From contig OX597822.1 of NCBI GenBank assembly GCA_951406725.2, forward strand, positions 48,794,001 to 48,858,000: a DNA stretch of 64,000 nt. Direction: 5' to 3'. The position numbers and the translations under genes are program-made. Within the stretch, counting starts at the first letter, position 1. The number at the start of each line of letters is the position of its first letter. Source of the DNA: Octopus vulgaris. Its lineage: Eukaryota. Below, piece after piece: positions 1 to 13,689 of the stretch. The notes beneath the pieces are model-generated. The model did not search any database, was not told the DNA's origin, and saw only the letters and a list, made by a program, of their open reading frames with translations.

Positions 1-289
1 TCAATCAATGGGTAATTAGCAATGATTTCAGGAAGGCATATTTCAGCGATAAAATTTGATCTTTGTATTACGAGTTAATGAAGTTTGTTTGTTAGTTATT
101 GGTGTTTCTTGGCCTAAAACATTAAGTTGTGCCTTCTACAGGGTTTTGAGTCTCTTCATCGAAGAGGATACCATTATGGGTGAGGTGGGGGGTGGAGGGG
201 CGATGGTTTACAGGAAATATCAGCAACATCTATGATAGATTGACTGATGCATATTATGTTCAGAGTTCATTTGACTGCAACCTTGTATA

Positions 290-521
290 AAGCATACACA
301 CACACAAACATGCACATACGCAAGCATGCACATGCACATATGCAAGCATGCACATGCTCGTACATGCACACTCACACATGCATACATGTATGCATGTATA
401 CAAACATACATATGTATGTGTGTGTGTGTGTGTGTATATATATATGTATATATACATACATGCATATACACACACACATATATATACACACTCACACACA
501 TATATGCATATACATATATAT

Positions 522-567
<46 letters not shown>

Positions 568-735
568 GTATACATATATATATTTGAATATCTATATGTC
601 TATCTATCCCTTTATCCCTCTGCCCGTCTCTCTTTTTCTCTCTCTCTCTTCCTCTATCTATTTATGTGTGTGCGTATACATACATACATATATACATACA
701 TACATACATACATACATACATACATACATACATAG

Positions 736-768
<33 letters not shown>

Positions 769-840
769 TATACATATACATACACATATATATATATGTA
801 TGTATACATATATATCAATATATATAGGTTTGTGTGTGTT
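290..840. repeat. Compound (CA/TA/TACA)n microsatellite field (representative; similar fields throughout, e.g. 7810-8345, 24050-24870, 26560-26945, 36830-37450, 46500-47680)
   Basis: Directly visible; source of most ORF-track entries. Confidence 0.95.
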
Positions 841-1689
841 GATATGGAAATGTTCTCAGTTATCTTAACAAATATGGCAGAAAACAAAATTAACCACCCC
901 CCTCCATCCCTCATATGTCTCGTTTCACAGAATTATTCCAGACGTTTGTCGTTAATTTCAAATATTCTTAGGATTGATTCTCTCTCGTTAAAAAGTCTTC
1001 TTCGTAAAGAGATGATGGAAATGATAAGAAACCTAATTACCGAAATATATTATTTCGTCTCTAAACCTGTGACCAATGACCAAAGATGTTATGACCTCGG
1101 CTTTTTGGCACTGTTTGTTGTTTTTCCTCGATAATTAGTCTGAGGAAAGTGCCACAGATTCTGTAATGTTTACAAAATCATCCCAGCACAAATGCATAAC
1201 AAATATGCTTATTAATTTAGCTGATGCGGAAATAATTAAATCATTACTACCTCTTGCTACTACAAGCAACTGGACAAACGGAAGAATGTAGCACTCAACA
1301 CATTTTGTAGGAGTTACACATCATCATGATCATCATCATCACCATCATCACCACCGCCACCACCACCACTACCATCGCCACCACCACTACCATCGCCACC
1401 ATCACTGCCATCACCACTATCATCACCATCATCACCATCATCATCATCATCATCATCATCACCATCATCACCACCCTCATCACCATCATCCTCACCATCA
1501 TCATCATCATCATCACCACCACCACCACCTGCCAAAACAGACACAGTGGCCTGGGGTTGTCTTCTACCTGGCCAGCTCCTGTCAAACCATCCTACCCATG
1601 CATGCATGGAAGATGGATGTTAAATGACGACAGCGGCTGTGGCAGTGGCGATGACGAAGGAGGAGGAGGAGATGAAGATGACAATGAAG

Positions 1690-1721
<32 letters not shown>

Positions 1722-2782
1722 GAATGAGAAGGAGACGAAGATGAAAGACAAAGGCAAAGAAGACGAAGAAGGAAGAAGGTAGAAGAAAGAAGGAAGAAGA
1801 ATGAGGGAGAAGGAGGGAGGAGGAGGAGGAGGTTTAATTAGGTTCTGTATGATTCACAGTTTCTTGGGCACAGAGGACGGGCCTATCTCATCAGATGTCA
1901 GGAAGAGGAATAATGGATTTGAGACAAATTCAAGATGGCTTCTGGATGTTAAGCTTTTATTAGTCAGCTCATGACACATGGTGTTAATGCTAAGGAAACG
2001 ACACCAGTTCTCTTCTTTATTCTTAGGCCCTTATGCTCAAACCAGTTGTTGGCAGGGAGTTTTGATGACAAGCTGCAGTGAAATATGTTTGGTGCCATCA
2101 GTTCATTGCATTTGACACCATTTGTGGTTGGGTGGAATGCTGTCTCAGATTAGTGGCTCTGTCTTTGTTCAGTGGAATATTAGCAGATTAGTGGCAGTTA
2201 ATTCCTAATTCATACAACTGCAGGATACCAAGATTGTTATTAATATTTGATAAGGAAAACTTCCAGCTCTTTACGTTCTTTGTTCAAATTCCATCAAGGC
2301 CAACTTTGTGAAAGAGTTGGTCAGAGAAAGGTCTTCCAGCCATGGAAAATCTCTCTTGGTAAATACCATCTGATCCATGAAGCTATGGAAAAGTGGACAT
2401 TACAACGATTATGACAATGGTGGTGGTGGTGGTGGGAAGAGGAGGAGGAGTAGGAGGATCCATCTGCATACTCCAGCTTGTAGTCATTGATATTGATCTT
2501 GTTGTTACTGTTGTCGTTCAACCCCAGGCCTTATACATAGATAAAAGGCATTCAAAATGTGACCACCCTGTTTTTTATTCATTTCTTCATTTACGTATAA
2601 AAAGCGCTATAATATGTTCATCAATATTTACAATGGCAACACACATTTACTGCTGTTTCTAGCAAGATGCTTGACCACATAGTGTCACCCTTTATGATTA
2701 TGTTGATGCTGTTGTTGTTGCTGTTATTCTGGTTTTGTTTTTTTCTTTTATTATTTATTATATTTTCTTTGTTTCATTTTAG

Positions 2783-2822
2783 ATCTTTAACCTCTGGGAA
2801 TGTGCCCATGTCTCTATGTCAG
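2783..2822 (+). CDS. RECK: RECK exon (end of CC1): IFNLWECAHVSMS
   Basis: ttttag acceptor and GTGAGT donor; 40 nt, ends in phase 1; resembles human EIWNCMNSSLP. Confidence 0.8.
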
Positions 2823-2855
2823 GTGAGTCATCTTATTTACCTTACAAATATATTG

Positions 2856-2947
<92 letters not shown>

Positions 2948-3065
2948 TTTATTTATTGGTAGTATTTTTATTGGTATTATTATTACCTTGTGGCTGTTCA
3001 CCTTTTGGGACATTTACACCCATACTCATGTGTATGTGTGTTTGCATATGTGTGTGTGTGTGTAT

Positions 3066-3196
3066 GCTTCCTAACCGTGAGTTTTCAGGTTCAGTCCCAC
3101 TGCATGTCACCTTGGGCAAGTGTCTTCTACTATAGCCTCGGGCCGACCAAAGCCTTGTGAGTGAACTTGGTAGATGGAAACTGAAATAAGCCCATC

Positions 3197-3244
<48 letters not shown>

Positions 3245-3470
3245 GTGTGTATATGTTAGTGTGTGTCTCCCCCCAACATCACTTGACAACCGATACTGGT
3301 GTGTTTACGTTTCTGTAACTTAGCAGTTCGGCAAAAGAGACTGATAGAATACGTACTAGGCTTGCAAAGAATAAGTCCTGGGGTCGATCTGCTTGACTGA
3401 AGGCTGTGCTCCAGCATGGCCACAGTCAAATTGACTAAAACAAGTAAAAGAGTAAAAGAATAAAAGAATA
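3066..3470 (+). mobile_element. tRNA-derived SINE family A (octopus-type), 5'-truncated
   Basis: ggttcagtcccactgc B-box region, internal (TA)n/(TG)n, gatagaata.gtact core, tail ccagcatggccacagtcaaattgact+(agtaaaag)n; many copies in the window. Confidence 0.85.
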
Positions 3471-4541
3471 TCTATGTGTGTGAGTGTGTGTGTGTGTATG
3501 TGTGTATGTATGTGTGTGTGTGTACACAAGTGTGTGAGTGCATGCAGACAAAACCTCTCACATACCTACACATTACATAGTATACACACACACAAATCGG
3601 TGAACAGAACCAAAGACAAGGAACAACAACAACAACCACAACAACGTCAATATTAACAAGCAGACACACAGACAGACTATCCAAACAGTTGAACATACCT
3701 GTCTACTATGTTTGTTTTTATAAGGTTTACTCACTGTAATCTTTATGTCAAACATTTAACTGCCCCCACCTCTAGTGGTGGGTGGGGTGATGTGGGGGAG
3801 ATGATGGCAGCTGTGGTGGTAATGGTGGTGGTGGTGGTGGTGGTGGTGATGGTGGTTGTAGTAGTGATGATGGTTGTTGGGTGTGGGGGGCGTTGGGGTG
3901 GTGATGGTGGTGGTGATGGTGGCATTATCTAACATGGTGGTGGCATCAATGGTGGGACCATTGGGTGGTGAACACTGTTGTTATGGTGGTAGTGGCAGTG
4001 GTGGTGGTGGTGGCAGGGGTGGCGGTGGTAGGGGTTGTGGTGGTGGTATTATCTAACATGGTGGTGGAATCAATGGTGGGGGCCATGGGTGGTGAAGGCG
4101 GTTGTTGTTATGGTGGTAGTGACAGTGGTGGTGGTGGGTTCTTGGTGCAATAGTTTTGGTGGTAGTGGTGGTAGTAATTGTTGCAGTTGTAGTAGTGGTG
4201 GCTGTGATAATGACGATGGTGGCAGCGGCGCCGGTGGTGGTGTTGTGTTTGTGTTGGTGGTGGTGGTGGTGGTGGTGTTTGTAGTGGCAGCTGTGATGGT
4301 GGTGGTGGAGGGGGTGAATGGCTGATTTGGAATGTTCTTGTAGACAACCCACCCTACCCCTGACTAACACATCTTCCCCCCTCCCATGTAAACTCCATCC
4401 TACTGCAAGGGTGGTGGTGGGGGTGGAATTTACCTGACATTCAGTCTGGTTATTTTGGTTTTGTTGAAATGTTGTCTATATCATTTGTTTGTATATATAG
4501 AGGGGTGGCAGATAGGGGTGGATGGATAGGAGGTGGAGGGT

Positions 4542-4593
<52 letters not shown>

Positions 4594-4910
4594 AGGAAGA
4601 GAAAACTGAGAAGGACAGAATGAGAGAGAGAGAGAGAGAGAGAGTGAAAAAGAAGATTAAGAAAGGAATGAAAAGAGACAGACAGACAGACAGATGGGAA
4701 GAAAGATACAAGATAGAAAGAGATAGACAGAGAGATGTAGACAGACAGTGATATGGAAAAGAAAAAAAGGAAACAGTATGATAGAGAAGGAAAGATAGAG
4801 AAATATAGAGTGAAAGAAAGAGAGAGAGAGAGGTGAGTGCTTGAGTGATTTTAATAGAGAGCATGGAGTGGCATGTAAGAGATGATGCTTGACAGTTGAT
4901 ATGTGTCTGT

Positions 4911-4977
<67 letters not shown>

Positions 4978-4979
<2 letters not shown>

Positions 4980-5349
4980 TGGGAAGGGTCTTCCTATGAT
5001 GCTGACATGCAGTGTCTGTGCAAGACCCTGCCTCAGTAAAGCTGGACTCAAGAGTCATCTTCGTAGTCATAAAGCAAGACAGATGAGTGACAACTTGGCC
5101 ACTGGTGGTGGTGTAACACACCATACTAATCATATCTGTCGGACATGTGAAAGAGAGTGTAATTCGGCAGGAGGACTTAAACGACATGCAAAGGTACATG
5201 AAGCCCAGTTACAACTACAGCCGGCTATTATCGGTAAAGGTTTTAGTTGCCAATTCTGTACAAGACAGTGTAGATCTTTAGCTGGGCTAAAAAGTCACAT
5301 TCGATCACAGCACCAGTAACAGTTAAGCTTCATGCAATGGCCATATTCG
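4978..5349 (+). mobile_element. 3' end of a probable RTE-type LINE encoding three C2H2-like zinc fingers
   Basis: CSVC..HLRSH, CRTC..HAKVH, CQFC..HIRSQH, stop at 5319, about 30 nt of 3' UTR, (TA)n on both sides. Confidence 0.6.
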
Positions 5350-5366
5350 ATAATGAGGGGGCAGCC

Positions 5367-5419
<53 letters not shown>

Positions 5420-5879
5420 GGCTTCTTTCAGTTTCTGTCTACCAAATCTACTTACTTATAAATTTGGTCAACCCAAGGCTATATAGTAGAAAACATTTGC
5501 CCAAGGTACCACGCATTGCAATTGAACCCAGAACCATGCGGTTGGAAATCAAGCTTCATACCAAGAACCATTTTATCCACTTAACCAAATAGATGCAAGA
5601 ATGGAAGAGAGGTTTAGCAAATGCAGCCCTTATAGAGTAACCAACTTTAGGGAGCCCACAACAAATGGTTTGGGTTTATACAGGGTTCACAAGGTGGTAT
5701 TTTAACTTTGCTGTCACTTGGCTGCTGTAGTTTGATGGTTTTTAACTACAATATTTTTCACCGTTCTGCAGTTCCTTCCTCTCAGCTTTGCTTTCCAATC
5801 AGAATGATGCTTGCTAGACTAGGTTTTGCCAAGGTTTTGAAATGCTATCATGATTTTTGAGAAAGCACCTCTCAAAACA

Positions 5880-6091
5880 TTGACCCTTTAGCATTCAGAT
5901 TACTCTGTTGATTATTCACATTGTTTTGAATTAATCATGCATTGTCTTGTAGTTTCAATTCTTTGATGTGATTGTTCGTTTTTGGAATGACATTGTAGAG
6001 TAGGTGTCAGCTGCCAAATCAGGCTGGTTTGGGCCTAAAACAGGTAGAACATTTGGGTTTGATATGGTTTGCTTAAGTGTTCAAGAGTTAA
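5880..6091. mobile_element. Degenerate TTAA/piggyBac-like MITE
   Basis: Begins ttgaccctttagca and ends tgttcaagagttaa, which look like decayed TIRs. Confidence 0.4.
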
Positions 6092-6566
6092 ATGATTCAG
6101 CCATGTTAACAATTGCATCTCCTGCCTTCTGCACTCCAACAAGTTGTCCTCTTTCGCAATCAGATAGGTCACATATTTTATCTTATTTAAATATAGAAAA
6201 ACTGGTGGGTATATCGTAAAGTACAAAACATGCGTGATGCCATGTCAGCACATATATACAGACTACAACAGTTTTGAAGTTGTCATATTGCCAATAAGAA
6301 AAGCAAAACTGTTGCATAAAAAGTGGTCTTATAATTTTGTCCAACCATTGTATAATGTATACAGGCATGTATTTAAAGAAATAAATTAATTAATATGTGT
6401 GCGTGTGTGTACATAATATGCATACGTGTGTGTGTGCTCATATATATATATATACACATATATATATATAAACTTATATCTATATCTCTGTATACACATG
6501 CACACACATGCATATATATATATATATACTTAAATCTATACGGATGAATGTATATATGTATATATA

Positions 6567-6620
<54 letters not shown>

Positions 6621-6674
6621 TAATATTTATATATATATAAAGAGACCAAAGTGTACGTACAAAACATCCAGATA

Positions 6675-6836
6675 GACAACAAAACATCCAGACGATACAA
6701 AGAAAACAAGGACAGGCCATTTGGAGTTTTCTTTCCTTGAAATTGCAAAGATAATCTGGAACTCAACTGAGGAAAGAAAACTCCGAATGACCCATCCTTG
6801 TTTTCTTTGTATCGTCTATCTGAATGTTTTGTTGTC
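6675..6836. repeat. Imperfect inverted repeat (about 63-bp arms), possibly Penelope-type
   Basis: agacgatacaaagaaaacaagga...ggagttttctttcct pairs with aggaaagaaaactcc...tccttgttttctttgtatcgtct. Confidence 0.7.
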
Positions 6837-8555
6837 CCTTTTTGGCATCACCTAGCTGTCCAGATGTTTTGCATTCTTGTCCCATTTTGTATTATATATA
6901 TATTGTAGATATGTGTGTGTGTGCGTGTGTCTGATGAGACATGCACCAAGACCCAAGAATGGCTACTTGACTGTCATGTGGGAAGCAAATTTTGGCCGTG
7001 ACAAGGGTAGCGGTGGTGGGTTGGGGAACACAGTGGCAATGAGGGTCGTGATGGTGGTAGTGGTGGTTGAGAATATAGTGGAGAGGGTGGGTCATGACTA
7101 GCAGAGGAGTGGGGTGCATTATCAAGCAATGGTGGTGGTGGTGGTGGTGATGCCACTGATGGTGGTGCAAAAAGAGCAGTAGAGTGCTTCTGTGTGTGTG
7201 TGTGTATGTGTGTGTGTGCATGTGTGCCACTTCTCCCCCCCACCACCACCACCACACCATTCTCACGACCTTCCCTGTGTGTAGCAAAGTCGGTAGGGGT
7301 GGGTGAGTGGGCGAATGGGCTGAGAGAGAACCTAAAATAAATGTCCCTCAGCTGTGAGCAAATTTACTTTCCCCACCTCAGGGTCAATGGTACCCCAAAC
7401 ACCTGTTTGCTTAGTTCAAAATCCACCAACACCACCAACAACAACAACAACAACACTAACACCACCACTAACTCTACCACCACCGCCACTAACAACAACA
7501 CCACCAACACCATTACCACCACCACCACCACCACTAACACTACCGCCACTAACACCACTGCCACTAACACCATTACCACCACCACCACTAACACCACCTC
7601 TTCCCAGCTCCATTCCTTCTGAACTTCTTAGGTCCATGTATGCGCATGTGTGTGTATCTACGTGTACACGTATGTGTGAATGTGTGCTTGTGCGTGTATG
7701 GATGAATGTGTGTATGTATATATATCTAGAGAGACATACATAGTAATATTTTGATCATCATAATCATCATCATCACAATCATGGTTTTTGACATTCACTT
7801 CTCCATGCTTACTTGTGTGCGTGTGTGTGTGTGTGTGCATGTATGCATGTGACTCTGTGTGTATGTGTGATGTGTGTGGGTGCATGCATGCGTGTGATGT
7901 ATGCATATGCATGCATGTGTGTGTGATGTGTGAATGTGTATGTGCATGCATGCATGTGTGTGTGCATGTGTGATGTGTGTGTGCATGCATGCGTGTGATG
8001 TGTGTGTGTGTGATGTGTGTATGTGCGTGCATGCATGTGTGTGCGATGTGTGTATGTGATGTGTGAATGTGTGTATGCATGCATGTGTGTGCATGTGCAT
8101 GTGTGTGTGATGTGTGCATGTGTGAGTGTGTGATGTGTGCTCCGTGTGTGTGTGTGTGTGTGTGATGTGTGTATGCATGCATGCGTATGATGGATGTGTA
8201 TGTGTATGTGTATGTGTGTGTGTGCATGCATGCATGTGTGTGATATGTGGAAGTGTGCGTGCATGCATTGTGTGGTATGTGCATGTGTGATGTGTGTATG
8301 TATGTGTGATGTGTGTGTATGTGTGTATGTATGTATGCATGTATGTACCAAGCAAATTGTTTACCTTCTCTAGAATCCAAGACAATTCCAATACCCCAAG
8401 AATTCATATTCCATCCTATTTAAGAGACCCCTCACCCTCTTATTTGTTCAAATAAAAGCCCCTGGCCAATCTCAGTTATTTCTCTTAACCCAAATCCCTT
8501 TTCACTTATGCAAATTACCTATTCCAGAAATGAGTCCTGGTCCTTTATTTGTATA

Positions 8556-8960
8556 TTCTTTTATTCTTTTACTTGCATTAGTCATTGACTTCGGTCATGC
8601 TGGAGCACTGCATTTAGTCGAGTACTTATTCTATCGGTCACTTTTGCCAAACCGTTAAGTTACAGGGATGCAGACAGACCAACATCAGTTGTCAAGTGAT
8701 GTTGTGGGGACAAACATACAAGCACATTCACACACACACACACACATACACACACACACATACACACATACATATATATATGTGTGTGTATATATATATA
8801 TATGTGACGAGCTTCTTTCAGTTTCTATCTACTAAATCCACTCACAAGGCTTAGGTCGGCCCAAGGCTATAGTAGAAGACACTTGCCCAAGGTGCCATGC
8901 AGTGGGACTGAACCCAGAACCATGTGGTTGGTAAGCAAGTTGCTTACCACACAGCACTCC
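8556..8960 (-). mobile_element. SINE family A, near full length
   Basis: Reverse complement of the family A head (ggagtgctgtgtggtaagcaacttgc) through the tail; ends about 60 nt upstream of a RECK exon. Confidence 0.85.
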
Positions 8961-9018
8961 TATATGTTTAAAGTTCATTTCATATAGTTATATCTTTTTT
9001 TTTCTTTTCTTTGTACAG

Positions 9019-9101
9019 TTTTCCGGAGTTTACAGTCCTGGCCTGGAAGAGTTTGCTGTGATAAAAGTTTCCAAGCATCATGTTCTGCTGCTTGTCCAAT
9101 T
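9019..9101 (+). CDS. RECK: RECK exon (CC2 start): VFRSLQSWPGRVCCDKSFQASCSAACPI
   Basis: ttgtacag acceptor and GTAAGT donor; 83 nt, phase 1 to 0; resembles VFKKSDGWVGLGCCELAIALECRQACKQ. Confidence 0.9.
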
Positions 9102-9140
9102 GTAAGTTGTTTGTTTACCTATTTATATATATATATATAT

Positions 9141-9745
9141 TTTTTTTCAGATTCAGCTCAGAGCTGTGGCCATGCTGGGGCACCACTGTTTTGCTATGCT
9201 GTTATTATTGAGAGCCTTCTCTAATATGTGGCATTTGGTGAATAATGAAGTTTGATGTCACTACCCTCATTTACTCTTCTTGCTGTGAGATAGGTTCATA
9301 TGGGACTCAAGACAGGAAGAAGTCCAGTTTTGATTTGAAAATACCTACATCCACTTTGTGTAGGTCCCTCAGGTTCTTTGGGAGAATATTAAAGAGCTGT
9401 GGGCCCTTGAAACTCAGGCTGTTGCAATAACTGGTCCTGAAGTAGGATGGCATTGCTGGGATCTTTGGCACTGTGCAGTGTTGACCCATTATGGCATTGG
9501 TATAGCGTTCAATGCCAAAATTTGGCACAATTCCTTCCATGACCTTCCAGATGTATATTACTGCAGGGAGTAGACTCCAGGGAGTAGAGTCTTAGCTTTC
9601 CCAGCCTTTCCCAGTAGCTGAGCTGTTGCAAAGAGATGGCCTTCTTTGTGAAGCTTTGCTGGATTGCTTCAAGGTCCGCTATTAATTTTACACTGTTGGC
9701 TGACCAAAGATGGGAGCAGTAGCCCAGGCAGATGAGGATGAATGT
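9141..9745 (-). mobile_element. CR1/L2-group LINE 3' fragment
   Basis: Minus translation gives YCSHLWS...LEAIQQSFTK...LSYWERLGKLRLYSLE...IYIWKVMEG...KGPQLFNILPKNLR...FKSKLDFFLS; tail ggtgccccagcatggccacagctctgagctgaa. Confidence 0.85.
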
Positions 9746-9767
9746 TATTTATTCATTATTATTAAAA

Positions 9768-9990
9768 GGCAGTGAACTGGCAGAATCATGTGCGGCAAAA
9801 AATGTTTGACAGCATTTTGTCCGTCTTTATATTCTGAGTTCAAATTCCGCCAAGGAACACTTTGCCTTTCATCCTTTTGGGGTTGATAAATTAAGTAACA
9901 GTGAAATATTGGGGTCGCTGTAATTGACCAGTCCCCTCCCCAAAATTTCAGACTTTGTGCTTTCAGTAGAAAGGATTATTATTATTATTT
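9768..9990 (+). mobile_element. tRNA-derived SINE family B with (ATT)n tail
   Basis: ggcagtgaactggcagaa head, gagttcaaattcc B box, gcctttcatcctttt-gggg..gataaattaagta core (Meta/MESC-like), gtagaaagg(att)n tail. Confidence 0.85.
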
Positions 9991-10300
9991 TGGTTGGCTC
10001 AGGTTTGGTCTTATTCCTGGCAGGATTCATATGGGTAGCTGGTTACTACCTGTAACCTTAGGTATCCACAAGTTTTCAGCAGTCAGTTCAAGTGCTTAGA
10101 ACCCTCCTGATAATCCTTGCTATCCCTAAGAGACTAACTTTCTGTAAGAACTCTGCCAAGCAGTCTATTCCAATTTCCTTCAGCCATTTGTCTATATCTT
10201 TGCTTACTGTTCCCAACACACCAATTATTATAGGCATAACCTTTACTGTTCGCTTACTCCAAATTCTTCCTATTTCAAATTTTAAAGGAATTTTATTTAA
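9991..10300 (-). mobile_element. R4/Dong-type RLE LINE, short 3' end
   Basis: EIGRIW..VKVMPIIIGVLGTVSK..LQKVSLLGIARIIRRVL* C-terminus; bounded by (ATT)n. Confidence 0.8.
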
Positions 10301-10305
10301 GGGAA

Positions 10306-10357
<52 letters not shown>

Positions 10358-10358
<1 letters not shown>

Positions 10359-11345
10359 TTTCTTCTTTTTTCAAATTTGCTTCCATTTCTTGCCGAGTGT
10401 CTTCCCGACTCCTAGGGCAAAGAAACTCATAGTATACATTGGTAGGCCATTAAACCAAACTCAGTAGTTCGTTTATTTATTTATTTTTTTTTTTAAAGTT
10501 AAATTAAAATACATGAGCAGCAACAGTTCTCACATCGACAATGCTCTTCTCAATATGTGTGATGTACCAGTTAAGACAATCTTTTGCACTTCTTGCAGGG
10601 ATGGTAAGCCAGGGATCATTCTCATATAATTTTCGGTTCCCTTCTTGATCATTCCTAGTGCTCCTACGATCACTGGTATTGTAACCGCCTTGAGATGCCA
10701 TCAATTTCAATGAGTAGGTCTTTATATTTTCTGAGCTTGTCAAACTCTTTCGCTGAGATATTATGATCACAGGGGATGCTCATGTCGATCAATAAGCAAA
10801 CTTTATTGTTTTGGTCTTTCACAACAATATCTGGTTTATTGGCCTTGATGGTTCGGTCTGTATGTACTGGAAAGTCCCACAGAATGGTTACATTTTCTCC
10901 TTCAGTTACAGCCTCAGGGTGGTGATTATATCACTTGTCGGCAGTTTTGATATTGTAATGCTGTCTTATTAGCCAGTGGAGATATTGGCCAACTCTGTCA
11001 TGTCTTAATTTATACTCCACTGGTGCTAAGACTTTACATCCAGAGATTAGGTGGTCCACTGTTTCAATTATGTCGTTGCAGAATCGGCATTTTGGGTCTG
11101 CTCCATTTTTCATCACATTGGCCTGGTAGTTCCGGGTTAATAGGCTTTGATCTTGAGCAGCCAGGATGAAACCTTCGCTCTCTGCTTTTAGCCCTGAGCT
11201 CCGTAGCCACTGATGGGTTTGCTTCTGGTCAACATCAGCTTGTTTGCTGCGGGTCACATATTTGCCGTGCAGAGGTTTCTCCTCCCACCTATCAGCCAAT
11301 TGCTCGTGCGCTTTTTTCATTGCCATCATTTTCACCTTCTTTGCA
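10358..11345 (-). mobile_element. R4/Dong-type RLE LINE 3' fragment
   Basis: KPLHGKY, AAQDQSL.TRNY, CRFC..ETVDHLISGC (CCHC), RHDRV, WDF, KPDIVV..IDMS nuclease motif, PVIVGALG; (ATT)n on both sides. Confidence 0.92.
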
Positions 11346-11377
<32 letters not shown>

Positions 11378-12223
11378 CATACATGCATACATACACTCAC
11401 GCGTGATTGTGAGCTTGACACTCTAACCACTGAGCCATGTGCCTTCACAGTAAAATAATAAAAGAATATAAAAACACATACATGATGGGGTTCTTTCAGT
11501 TTCTGTCTACCAAATCTACTCACAAGGCTTTGATCAGCTCAGGACTATCATTGAAGACATTTGCCCAAGGTACCACACAGAATAAATATGTCTGTTTAGA
11601 ACTCACTGTCTACATGTGGGTGTGTCTAATCTGTGTGTGTGTGTGTGTGTGTGTGTTTGCAGATGTGTGCATATATCCCTTGTGCCTTTTTTCTAACCTG
11701 TCTATAACCCTACACACTTACTCACTTATCTACCTAGCCTTTCAACCCTCAACACACCTGTGCAATATTGATCTCTCTACTGCATGTATCACCATCAATC
11801 TATCTGTATATCTTCCCATCTATCTACCTGTTTGTACCTGTGTGCCTCACCATTAACGTACTTGACAATTAATCCACCTATTTACCTGTCCATCAGACCA
11901 TCAATGTACCTGTCTATTTATCCATCTTTCTAGCTGTATGCCTCACTTTTTAGCTATCCTGCCCACCTATTCCTTAATTTGTTCACCTGTCAATTTGTCT
12001 ACTAGTCTACCTGTCTATTTAGCTATCAATCCACCTGTCTGATAAATTATCTACCTGACAATTCAATCTTCTATCCACCTGGATATTTATCCATCTGTCT
12101 ACCTGACTACCTGGCAATCCAAATGCCTGTATATTTGACCCAACAATGCATCTGTGGACCAATCCATCTATTTTTATCCTGCCTCTCTTTAATACAACTT
12201 CTCTCCTTCACTCATTCACTCAT

Positions 12224-12262
<39 letters not shown>

Positions 12263-12987
12263 CCATTTCCCTTGCCTTTTCTTTCTTTCTCTCGCTATCC
12301 TTCTAACCCCTTCTCATTCTCCAATCCCACCATCAATCCCTCATTACCCCACGATATTTGCAACCAGCCCCTCCTAATATATAATATCACTAGGACCCAC
12401 AACCGCACCACCCCTAATACACCCCACCCATTCTTTAACTGACTCTTCCCTGCCTCCACTCTTACATCCACCCAGCTCAGTCATAACACACACCTCCATG
12501 CTGGGTTGATTTACCAGTAATAACATTTTGACAGCTAAAGCAACTCTCTCCCTCTCTTATTCAATCCCTCTCTCTTTCTCTCTTTCTCATCCCCTAATTA
12601 TCCCTACTTCTAGCATGCTGGCACCCTTCCTTGTACCCTGATACTTTTAAAAACATCATGGGGTATCTGTACCTGACATTCTGAAATACTCAGCATCTGG
12701 AGTACCTGGTGAACTTTATTCCACTCCAAGTATCATACACACACACACACACACGCGTGCACACGTGCACACACACACACACACACACACACACAGTGAC
12801 ACATATGTATGCATATATATGTGTGTGTGCGTGTGTGTGTGTGTGTGCGTGCGTGTGTGTGGGTGTATGCCTATGTGTATGTGTCTGTGTATGTCTATGT
12901 GTGTGTCTGTATGTGCTCTATGTGCATATGTGCAATTTGATATGGGTACGTGTTCTGTCCATTGCCCCAACCACATATTATATACAT

Positions 12988-13027
<40 letters not shown>

Positions 13028-13689
13028 CACACACACACATATATATATTGGGCAATTCAAGTCCTTCTTTATGTATGTTTTCATTCATGTGCATTAACTA
13101 CAACATATATATCTTTATATATATAAAACTGAGTATGTGTGTCTGTCTGTCTATCTGTCTGTCTGTCTGTGTGTTTCCCTAAAACTTGAGAACTACACAA
13201 CCAATTTCATTCAAATTTTACACATGCCTTACTTATGGTCCGGGGAGTGTCATTGGCAAAAACAATGTTCAACTTCTTGCCTAGAGCGAGCCCATAGCAA
13301 TTTCATAACTTCTCCACTATTTCAGTATTACGTGTTAAAAGTGAAACAAAAACATTTCTCTATTTTATGTCAGATACTTTCACTTTAACAATAAAAATAA
13401 TAATAACAATTGAATTATATGTAGTAAGTAATAATTAAAATCAAACTAAAGTATAATATAATCGTAACATAAAAAAAAGTAAAAATAGCAATTGGTATAA
13501 AATTGCATCAATGACTTGAACTTGAATAAGTGGTTTCACATGAATGGGAGTAAATTAAAAATAAAATTAGCGTGCAGAAATGGAATAGTCCAGATGGATA
13601 ATAAAAAATTAAATTAAAGAAAAGACTATTGTCTATAAACTATACAATGTAGAGAAAAAAGATTCGAACACAGCGAGGAAATTTACCCA

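Noticed and set aside
220-914. Many YI/HT/CV-rich and poly-M/V/H/P/D ORFs here and throughout the ORF track
   Set aside because: They are translations of di- and trinucleotide microsatellites that lack stop codons; not genes.
930-1134. Possible upstream RECK exon after cacag (NYSRRLSLISNILR...)
   Set aside because: No CC1 cysteines or similarity and no convincing donor; the 5' exons are probably outside the window.
1858-1894. Minus-strand CUGAUGA...GAAA
   Set aside because: No stem II or stem I complementarity.
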